Below, piece by piece: positions 38,359-46,201 of a stretch of DNA of 64,000 bases. Source of the stretch: an uncultured Lachnospiraceae bacterium (GTDB lineage: Bacteria; Bacillota; Clostridia; Lachnospirales; Lachnospiraceae); contig CACYQC010000001.1 of the NCBI GenBank assembly GCA_902776395.1, positions 1,419 through 65,418 on the forward strand, given 5' to 3'. The first letter of the stretch is position 1, and the number at the start of each line of letters is the position of its first letter. The notes under the pieces were generated by a model. It saw only the letters and a list, made by a program, of their open reading frames with translations, was not told where the DNA came from and made no database searches. The translations under genes and the position numbers were made by a program.

Positions 38359-39563
38359 ACAAAATACAAATGAAAACACCCTTGGTAGAAATGGATGGGG
38401 ACGAAATGACCAGAATTCTATGGAAGATGATAAAGGATGAACTAATCCTGCCATTTATAGATCTTAAATCTGAGTATTATGACCTTGGACTGGAAAACAG
38501 GAATAAAACGGATGATAAAGTAACCTTTGATTCAGCATATGCGACAGAAAAATATGGCGTAGCGGTAAAGTGTGCAACAATCACCCCGAATGCTGCCCGT
38601 GTTGAAGAATATAATCTTAAAGAGATGTGGAAGAGCCCTAACGGTACTATAAGAGCTATTCTTGATGGAACAGTCTTTAGAGCGCCTATTATTGTAAAAG
38701 GAATTGAACCTTGTGTAAAGAATTGGAAGGCGCCTATAACAATAGCCCGGCATGCTTATGGTGATGTATATAAAGCTTCTGAGATGAAGATTCCGGGCCC
38801 CGGAAAAGTGGAATTGGTATATACAGCTGAGGATGGTTCTACAAAATCTGTTCTTGTTCATGAATTCAATTCCACAGGAATAGTTCAGGGTATGCATAAT
38901 CTTGAACCGTCTATAGAAAGTTTTGCAAGAAGCTGCTTCAATTATGCACTTGATACAAAACAGACGCTTTGGTTTGCAACCAAGGATACTATTTCTAAAA
39001 AATATGATCATACATTTAAGGATATCTTTAGTGAAATATACGATTCAGAATATAAGGATAAGTTTGAAGAGGCAGGTATTGAATATTTTTATACACTTAT
39101 TGATGATGCTGTTGCCAGGGTTATGAAATCTGAAGGTGGGTTTATCTGGGCATGTAAGAATTATGATGGTGATGTTATGAGTGATATGCTTTCTTCTGCT
39201 TTTGGTTCACTGGCTATGATGACATCAGTTCTTGTTTCGCCAAGTGGTGTATATGAATATGAGGCTGCACATGGAACGGTTCAGAGACATTATTATAAGC
39301 ATCTGAAGGGAGAAGAAACGTCTACCAATTCAGTGGCTACCATTTTTGCCTGGACAGGAGCACTTAGAAAAAGGGGTGAACTGGATGATATTCCCGAACT
39401 TGTTAATTTTGCTGATGTACTTGAAGATTCTGTTATAAGTACGATTGAATCTGGGAAAATGACCAAGGATCTTGCACTGATCACTTCATTGGAAGATGTA
39501 ACAGTTCTGAACAGTGGTGATTTTATTAAAGCAATTAGAGAGACTCTGGAACAAAAGCTATGA
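38355..39563 (+). CDS. icd: NADP-dependent isocitrate dehydrogenase
   Basis: [40 protein letters not shown]. Confidence 0.95.
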   Translation: MNKIQMKTPLVEMDGDEMTRILWKMIKDELILPFIDLKSEYYDLGLENRNKTDDKVTFDSAYATEKYGVAVKCATITPNAARVEEYNLKEMWKSPNGTIRAILDGTVFRAPIIVKGIEPCVKNWKAPITIARHAYGDVYKASEMKIPGPGKVELVYTAEDGSTKSVLVHEFNSTGIVQGMHNLEPSIESFARSCFNYALDTKQTLWFATKDTISKKYDHTFKDIFSEIYDSEYKDKFEEAGIEYFYTLIDDAVARVMKSEGGFIWACKNYDGDVMSDMLSSAFGSLAMMTSVLVSPSGVYEYEAAHGTVQRHYYKHLKGEETSTNSVATIFAWTGALRKRGELDDIPELVNFADVLEDSVISTIESGKMTKDLALITSLEDVTVLNSGDFIKAIRETLEQKL

Positions 39564-40843
39564 AAGAAAAACATAAATTTAATGTTCCCGGTATTGGGAT
39601 GAGAATAATAAAATCTGCATTGGCTGTCTCGCTATGTATGGTAATTAATACCATACGTGGTGAAGGTAGCATGGTTTTTTATTCCCAGCTTGCAGCTTTA
39701 TGGTGCATACAAATGTACCGAAGTAATACATTATCAAATGCATTACAACGAATGATAGGAACCGTAGTTGGTGCGTTATACGGTTTGATATATATACTTG
39801 TATATCCTCGATTAGTTATGGGAGGAAATTATAGTATTCTGTTTAACATTATATTTATCTTTATAGGCGTTGTGCTTGTGATTTATTCGACTGTACTCAT
39901 AAACAAAAAACAGGCCTCTTATTTTTCCTGCGTGGTATTCCTGAGTATTGTTATTAATCATATCGGAGATATTAATCCATATAGCTTTGTGTGGAACAGA
40001 TTTCTGGATACTATGATTGGAATAATTATAGGTCTTGTTCTAAATAATATGAGGATATGCTTTAGACCGGATCGGGAAACCTTGTTTGTATCAGGCGTGG
40101 ATGACATTCTTGTCGATAAGAATAATAAGGTTAGTGCTTTTTCCAGAGTTGAACTGAACAGAATGATTGAAGATGGAATGAGATTTACACTTTCTACTGT
40201 TCGTACTCCGGCTTCAGTTTTAAAACCGTTATCAGATATTAGATTTAATTATCCGATAATCGTAATGGATGGCGCAGCTCTTTATGATATTAATAATAAT
40301 GAGTATAAATCAGTTTTTGTAATATCACCTGATACAGCAAAGAATCTGGTAGAATTTATGTATGCTAATGATATGTATCCCTATATCAACGTGATAATAG
40401 ATGATACTCTGTTAATCTACTATAATGATACTCCTGATGAAGTAAATCAGAATCTTGTCAAAACTATGCGAACCTCTCCATACAGAAACTATGTGAGGAG
40501 AGATTTTCCCTGCGATGAAAAAGTAGTTTATATCATGCTGCTTGATACGTATGAAAGAATAAATGCATTTTATAATAAGCTACTTGATCTGGAATATGAT
40601 AAGATACTAAAGATAATCAAGTGTTCCTCTGAAGAACATAGAGGTTATTCCTACATAAAGATATATAATAAAAATGCATCTAAGGACAAAATGCTTAACT
40701 TTTTGAAAAATGCTTACGGAATAAATAGGACAATGACATTCGGAACTGTTACAGGAAAATATGATGTCATAGTTAAAAAAAATAGTTTTAATGAGATGGT
40801 AAAAAGGGTTAGAAAAAAATATGAACCCTTTCTCAAATGTTAA
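39560..40843 (+). CDS. FUSC/aromatic-acid-exporter-like membrane domain fused to a Cof-type HAD-like domain
   Basis: IGMRIIKS...R..GT..G...RFLDT.IG N-terminus; C-terminal [19 protein letters not shown]. Confidence 0.75.
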   Translation: MKEKHKFNVPGIGMRIIKSALAVSLCMVINTIRGEGSMVFYSQLAALWCIQMYRSNTLSNALQRMIGTVVGALYGLIYILVYPRLVMGGNYSILFNIIFIFIGVVLVIYSTVLINKKQASYFSCVVFLSIVINHIGDINPYSFVWNRFLDTMIGIIIGLVLNNMRICFRPDRETLFVSGVDDILVDKNNKVSAFSRVELNRMIEDGMRFTLSTVRTPASVLKPLSDIRFNYPIIVMDGAALYDINNNEYKSVFVISPDTAKNLVEFMYANDMYPYINVIIDDTLLIYYNDTPDEVNQNLVKTMRTSPYRNYVRRDFPCDEKVVYIMLLDTYERINAFYNKLLDLEYDKILKIIKCSSEEHRGYSYIKIYNKNASKDKMLNFLKNAYGINRTMTFGTVTGKYDVIVKKNSFNEMVKRVRKKYEPFLKC

Positions 40844-40858
40844 ATAAGTATTATCAGG

Positions 40859-43198
40859 TTATATAGGTATAGTTTTGATTTCCCTGGATTTTTTTGCATA
40901 TTGAACCGATAAATCAATCTGCCCCATCTTACGGTGAAGATTAGACTTTATTGCATATACATCTCTTAAGTATTCGGAATCATTTCCCATAATACTAACA
41001 ATCATTTCTTCAGCTTTATCTAAGTGCTTTTCTGAATCCTTGTATTTCTGTGTATAAAAATCAATTACACCATACATCATCTGACATCTGGCATAGTCGA
41101 AGGTATTTGTACCAACATATTCTGTTATAATATTCTCATAGAATGACAGTGTTTCTCTTGCGGTAGTAAAGTCATTGGAGTAAATATAAAGCTCTACGAG
41201 ATTCATCATCTGTTCAAGCATATCGTGGGATTCCATAAGTCCGAGATGCTCATATTCTTTTCTGAGGTCAAATGCTTTTTTCAGGTAATCAGTGGCAGTA
41301 TCCAGCTTCTTCTTATATAGATAGGTGCTGGAAATGTTACAATACAGATTTGAAAGAAGATTCATTTCGCGTTTTGTAGCGTCACCACTTTTAAGCTTTT
41401 CCATAATACTGATAGCTTTTGACTGTCTCTTTATTGCATTATCAAAATCCTTCTTTTCAATAAACAGATGGGCTTTATAGTCGAATAGAAGTGCTCTGTC
41501 ACAAGGCGTATCTATCTTTCCATCCATCATTATCTTTTCTATTCTGTCTACCAGCTTAGACAGCTCTTCTGTATATCTGTACTTATCAAGATGTGGGAAT
41601 AAATCCTGCAAGTACATAAGATATGCAGGTATATCATCTATTATTATATTTTCCATTACTGAAAGCTGACAATTTATAGCTGCTGTCGGTCTGTAATACT
41701 CCATGCCGTGAACAAGGCTTAGCTTATGCAGGTTGTCAAAGAGAATTCGGGAATTACTTATAGAAGACTCCAGGGTATCAATTACAACATCCCTAATAAG
41801 AGGATGAAGACTGTACATTCTATTGTCTGAATCATCCTGGATCAGACCATGTTTAGCAAGCCGGATGACCGGCTCAAGGTTTTCCAGTTCCATCCAGTCC
41901 TTGAAATGCTGTTTATGTACGCCGGATGAGGGCATAAGTGCCATACATCTCATAATTAGTGTTTCTTCCTCTGATAGTTTGCTTAGATTAAGAAGTGTCT
42001 TAAGATGCTCTATCATCAACCCTTCGGTATAATCACCATCTTTATATATATCTACAGATTCTGCATCCGGTGCGTTAAGTCCATTACTACGCAGTTCATA
42101 TAACATATCTTCAGCTGTTATGCCGCTTTCTGCAAGCGTGAGAGAAGCGAGGATAACTGTAAGAGTATGTGAATGGACGGTATTTATTATTTCCTTCACA
42201 TTATCCTTATCATTCTTTTCCGACGGACAGTTGGAGATGAAGAGAGGGATAAGTTCTTTTTCAAGATCGAGAGTAAGAATTTCTTCTTTTCTTTCTTCAG
42301 CTATATTTAGTTGGCATCTTGTTGTTATAAGCAGATGGAATCTGTTGGCTCTGAATTCCTTGAAAAATGGTTCTTCCTTTGGGAGCACATTAAAGTTATC
42401 AAGAATTATAAGACTATCTTCGTATAATCTCTGGAGAATCCTGTAATGAGTGTTGAACAGTTCTTCACTGGTCATGTCCGATTTATCACTGCTGAATATC
42501 ATATCGGTTATATCCTGCTTCAGATTACCTGAGTAATGGATATAAATGATATTGGTATATTTCTTTCTATTCTTATCTGCAAAGTATTTTGCAAACTCAC
42601 TTTTTCCTATTCCGGCAACTCCGCCTACAAAGAGTATTCCCTGATCTGCCAGCTTCTTGCTGCATATCTTTTCTTCCTGCTTTCTTCCGACAAATCCATC
42701 AGCTACAGAAGGAAGTCTGTTGCTGAGCAGGGCTTCTGAAAGAATCGGGGAAAGAAGAGTTACATTATCGTGATTGTTATATATAGCATATCTTATGACG
42801 GAGGCGAAAAATGCAGCATCATCCGTTTCTGATATCAGTTCATCTGCTTTGTTCTGCCCTATAACATCGACACTGTCCCGGATGAGATCTGTCATTTTTT
42901 CTCTGGCGCCGGATATATTTATTATCTGAGGAATAATCAATTCTTCAATATCACATTTCATATCATCTAAGCCAGTTACTTCCTTATAAGTATCAAGTAT
43001 ATCCTGCGGAATAGGACGCTCCCCGTTTACCCACCGGCTGAACTTTATATTATCTTCAACAGCCTCATCAGCATTACTTGCAGATGTTTTAAGGCATGAA
43101 GAAAAAAGGTCTCTTATCAACTGGTTCTGAGAATATGTTCTGTTTTTATATTCAAGAAGTACCTTGATTACTTCAGGAAAGTTAAGTCTGTTTTGCAT
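40859..43198 (-). CDS. XRE-like HTH + NB-ARC/STAND ATPase + TPR protein
   Basis: FSRWVNGERPIP; FVGR..E; GVAGIGKS; LIILDN; LITTR; LHPLIR; C-terminal TPR helices; RBS ggaga supports the 43198 start. Confidence 0.8.
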   Translation of the reverse strand: MQNRLNFPEVIKVLLEYKNRTYSQNQLIRDLFSSCLKTSASNADEAVEDNIKFSRWVNGERPIPQDILDTYKEVTGLDDMKCDIEELIIPQIINISGAREKMTDLIRDSVDVIGQNKADELISETDDAAFFASVIRYAIYNNHDNVTLLSPILSEALLSNRLPSVADGFVGRKQEEKICSKKLADQGILFVGGVAGIGKSEFAKYFADKNRKKYTNIIYIHYSGNLKQDITDMIFSSDKSDMTSEELFNTHYRILQRLYEDSLIILDNFNVLPKEEPFFKEFRANRFHLLITTRCQLNIAEERKEEILTLDLEKELIPLFISNCPSEKNDKDNVKEIINTVHSHTLTVILASLTLAESGITAEDMLYELRSNGLNAPDAESVDIYKDGDYTEGLMIEHLKTLLNLSKLSEEETLIMRCMALMPSSGVHKQHFKDWMELENLEPVIRLAKHGLIQDDSDNRMYSLHPLIRDVVIDTLESSISNSRILFDNLHKLSLVHGMEYYRPTAAINCQLSVMENIIIDDIPAYLMYLQDLFPHLDKYRYTEELSKLVDRIEKIMMDGKIDTPCDRALLFDYKAHLFIEKKDFDNAIKRQSKAISIMEKLKSGDATKREMNLLSNLYCNISSTYLYKKKLDTATDYLKKAFDLRKEYEHLGLMESHDMLEQMMNLVELYIYSNDFTTARETLSFYENIITEYVGTNTFDYARCQMMYGVIDFYTQKYKDSEKHLDKAEEMIVSIMGNDSEYLRDVYAIKSNLHRKMGQIDLSVQYAKKSREIKTIPI

Positions 43199-43296
43199 GG
43201 TAAATCTCCGGATAACTGCATTTTTTTTATATTTCTTAGTATAACATATCAAATAGAATAATGCCGTGATATATTCATTATTCTGTATAGATTTTT

Positions 43297-43434
43297 AAGG
43301 TCACAAAATGTGACCTTGAATGACAGTTAAGGTTTACCTTGAAAAGGGTAGGCCTTTTTTCTATGAAAAAATTTCTATGTCAACTTTTGGTCAAGTCTTC
43401 GTCAATGTTTGAATCCCTAAAAAATTCGTATCAT
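43297..43434. promoter_or_regulatory. Divergent control region: palindromes plus three GTCAA repeats at 11-bp period upstream of a -10 box
   Basis: AAGGTCACA-aaa-TGTGACCTT 43297-43317; GTCAA at 43379, 43390, 43401; TATCAT 43429-43434. Confidence 0.55.
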
Positions 43435-43488
43435 ATGAGCATACCAAGTGAAGCCGGATGGCTCCAGAAAATGAAAAAAGTGGTATCT

Positions 43489-43506
43489 GATCTTTGACAA
43501 CTGAAT
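43489..43506 (+). promoter_or_regulatory. BoxA-like antitermination motif
   Basis: GATCTTTGACAACTGAAT resembles the Firmicute boxA TCTTTGAAAACT. Confidence 0.5.
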
Positions 43507-43720
43507 GAGCTTGTAATGTGTGCTAACAGAGTTACGCGATGATTCTGAATCCGATGAGGAGAAAGGGGAGCGAGCGAAGACACTTCTTTAAAGGGCAGGA
43601 GAGGATCTCGAGCAGGAGAGGCCTGCAGGCTAAGGTGAGAATCGGTTAGCTAGAGGTTAGCTGCGACGCTAACGGCATATGTTACGGATAAAAGTCGAAC
43701 TAGATTATCTTTCCCTATTT

Positions 43721-43832
43721 GTACCACATCTGCTTTGCAGATGTGCATTGCTTGCTCAAAGCAAGCAATGGCTGCACTTCGTGCAGCGTATCCTCGCTTC
43801 GATCGGAGCAACGATTTTCTTTGAAAATCGTT
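43721..43832. other. Array of hairpins with 3-nt loops upstream of xis
   Basis: Perfect stems at 43725-43745, 43746-43770, 43771-43787 and 43810-43832; weaker stem at 43796-43809. Confidence 0.75.
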
Positions 43833-43879
43833 ACCGGAGAAAACGCTGAGAAGAAATGACTATAAAGGGGGCTGTGTGT

Positions 43880-44098
43880 ATGGGTTATGAAGAATCTAAG
43901 AGTGAAGCAATCCCACCATGGAAAAGATATGTCTTAACGATAACAGAAGCAGCTGAATACTACCATATAGGTGAAAAGAAGCTTCGTAGTATTGCAGACG
44001 AGAATCTGAATTCAGACTTTATCATCATGAATGGTAACAGGGTATTGTTTAAACGAAGACAATTTGAAACCTTTCTTGATAATGCAACATGTATATAA
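43880..44098 (+). CDS. xis: Excisionase, Tn916-type
   Basis: IPPWKRYVLTITEAAEYYHIGEKKLR...NGNRVLFKR..FE.FL. Confidence 0.9.
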   Translation: MGYEESKSEAIPPWKRYVLTITEAAEYYHIGEKKLRSIADENLNSDFIIMNGNRVLFKRRQFETFLDNATCI

Positions 44099-44223
44099 AA
44101 GAGGGGTTTCGGTAAAAAACAATAGAGAAATAAATGAAAATAATTACACGAGAGAGTTTAAATTATGTTAATATAGGACATGGATTTGAACTCTCTTCTT
44201 ATCTATAAGAAAGAGAGGAATTT

Positions 44224-45423
44224 ATGAGCGAAAAAAGGAGAGATAACAAAAATAGAATATTGCATGACGGAGAATTTCAGCAGAGTGATGGAAGATACAG
44301 ATTTTCCTATAGAGATTTACGAGGAGAGAGAAAATGTGTCTATAGTTGGAGACTTGATAAGAATGATCCTACACCTAAAGGTAAGAAAAGAGATTTGTCT
44401 CTTAGAGAAAAAGAGCGTCAGGTAGAACAGGATCTTTTCGATGAGATAATACCTGAGGGCGGTCATTATACTGTCTTATCCCTATGTGAAAGGTATGTAT
44501 CACTTAAGACTGGAGTGAGAAAGAGTACAAGAACCGGTTATAAAACAGTAATCAACATACTAAAGAAGGATAGCATGGGCAGTAGGAGAATTGATACAGT
44601 AAAGCTTTCAGATGCAAAAGCATGGCTGATAAAGCTTCAGCAGGTGGATGGCAGAAGCTATAGTTCCATCCATACTATAAGAGGTGTACTAAGGCCTGCC
44701 TTCCGTATGGCTCTTGAGGATGATCTGATCCGTAAGAATCCATTTGACTTTGAGCTTTCTTCTGTAATTGTAAATGATAGTGTTACTAGAGAGGCAATTA
44801 CCAGGAAGCAGGAAAGGAACCTTCTGAAATTCATAAAAGAAGACAGGCATTTTTGTAGATACTATGATGCAATTTATATCTTATTAAATACTGGTCTTCG
44901 TATTTCGGAATTCTGCGGTTTGACTAAGTCAGATATCAATTTCAAAGATATGACAATACGCGTGGAGAGGCAGCTTCAGCGTGGCAGTGATATGCAGTAT
45001 ATTATTGAGAAACCAAAGACGGAATGTGGTAACAGATTTGTTCCCATGACTCCTGAGGTAGCAGACTGCTTCAAGAATATCATTAAGAATAGGGAAACGC
45101 CTAGGGTTGAGCCTATGATTGATGGTGTTGTCGGTTTTCTTTGTCTTGATAAGAATGATATGCCGATGGTTTCACTTCACTGGGAAAAGTATATGCAGCA
45201 CATCAGGGAAAAATACAACAGCATTTACAAAATTCAAATGCCACGTGTTACCCCTCATGTATGCAGACATACCTTCTGCAGCAAGATGGCAAAGTCAGGT
45301 ATGAATCCAAAAACTCTTCAGTATATAATGGGACACGCAGACATCAGTGTTACGCTAAATGTCTACACTCATGTAAGTGTGGATGATGCAAAGGAAGAGA
45401 TGAAGAGGGTAAGTTCTCTATAA
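44224..45423 (+). CDS. int: Tyrosine integrase, Tn916-like
   Basis: MSEKRRDNKNRIL..GE arm-binding domain; TGLRISE, PKT, HVCRHT, MGH, VY catalytic residues. Confidence 0.95.
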   Translation: MSEKRRDNKNRILHDGEFQQSDGRYRFSYRDLRGERKCVYSWRLDKNDPTPKGKKRDLSLREKERQVEQDLFDEIIPEGGHYTVLSLCERYVSLKTGVRKSTRTGYKTVINILKKDSMGSRRIDTVKLSDAKAWLIKLQQVDGRSYSSIHTIRGVLRPAFRMALEDDLIRKNPFDFELSSVIVNDSVTREAITRKQERNLLKFIKEDRHFCRYYDAIYILLNTGLRISEFCGLTKSDINFKDMTIRVERQLQRGSDMQYIIEKPKTECGNRFVPMTPEVADCFKNIIKNRETPRVEPMIDGVVGFLCLDKNDMPMVSLHWEKYMQHIREKYNSIYKIQMPRVTPHVCRHTFCSKMAKSGMNPKTLQYIMGHADISVTLNVYTHVSVDDAKEEMKRVSSL

Positions 45424-45453
45424 TAGTAGTATTCTTCGAGGCGTTAAAAAGGC

Positions 45454-45630
45454 CTGTTGTACGGACCTCCGATTTACAACAGATTTTACAACAGATGCCG
45501 ACAAAAATATGCAAAAATATGCCGATATTTGCAAAATTACGGATTTTCGGAAAGGTTGTAAAACCTAATAAATTCAAGGGATTATGAGGAAAAAAGCTAA
45601 TGATAAAAGTACTGTTCGTCTGCCACGGCA
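45454..45630 (+). repeat. attR: arm-type sites plus core overlapping the LMW-PTP start
   Basis: TTTACAACAG at 45473 and 45485, inverted CTGTTGTA 45454 and GTTGTAAA 45555; core atgataaaagtactgttcgtctgccacggca 45600-45630. Confidence 0.8.
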
Positions 45631-46085
45631 ACATCTGTAGATCGCCGATGGCGGAGTTTGTTTTTAAAGATATGGTTAAGAAGAGAGGTTTAGAACGAGA
45701 GTTCCATATTGAGTCCCGTGCTACCCATACTGATGAAATATGGAACGGGCAGGGAAGTCCTGTTTATCCTCCTGCCAAGGCTAAGCTGGCCGAAGTTGGG
45801 ATATCTTGCAAAGGAAAGACTGCGCAACTTCTTGCGCAGTCTGACTATGATGATTATGATTTTATAATTGGTATGGATAGTGAGAATGCTAGGTGGATGC
45901 CGAGGATTCTAGGCGGCGATCCAGAGGGAAAAATCTCGCTACTTATGGATTATACTAGTCACCCAAGGAGTGTTGCTGATCCGTGGTATACCGGCAATTT
46001 TGAGACGACTTATAGTGATGTGGTTGAAGGTTGTGAGGGATTCCTGCTTTACTTAAAGGAAAGAGGCTTCCTAGCTCTTCCTTAG
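45600..46085 (+). CDS. Low-molecular-weight protein-tyrosine phosphatase (integration target, intact)
   Basis: VCHGNICRSPMAE P-loop and DPWY. Confidence 0.95.
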   Translation: MIKVLFVCHGNICRSPMAEFVFKDMVKKRGLEREFHIESRATHTDEIWNGQGSPVYPPAKAKLAEVGISCKGKTAQLLAQSDYDDYDFIIGMDSENARWMPRILGGDPEGKISLLMDYTSHPRSVADPWYTGNFETTYSDVVEGCEGFLLYLKERGFLALP

Positions 46086-46201
46086 GTCTCTGGTTTTCAT
46101 ATAAGAGGTTTTGGGAAATTCTTGTTGCGCTTATGTTGCGTTTTATGCGTTATAATAATAAAGTAGCATAAAAATAGGTAAAGTTAAGTAGGAGAAACGT
46201 T

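Larger units (their letters stand above)
16537..45630 (+). mobile_element. Integrative mobilisable element (~29 kb) inserted in the 5' end of an LMW-PTP gene
   Basis: 31-bp direct repeat (29/31 identical) at 16537 and 45600; tyrosine integrase, excisionase, MobA/MobL relaxase and ParM; TTTACAAC arm repeats at both ends; no T4SS genes. Confidence 0.85.

Noticed and set aside
43721-43832. tRNA or retron msDNA
   Set aside because: The cloverleaf-like fold lacks tRNA loop sizes and T/D-arm motifs, and no reverse transcriptase is in the window.
16537-45630. Self-transmissible ICE or prophage
   Set aside because: No VirB4, coupling protein, T4SS or phage structural genes lie between the att sites.
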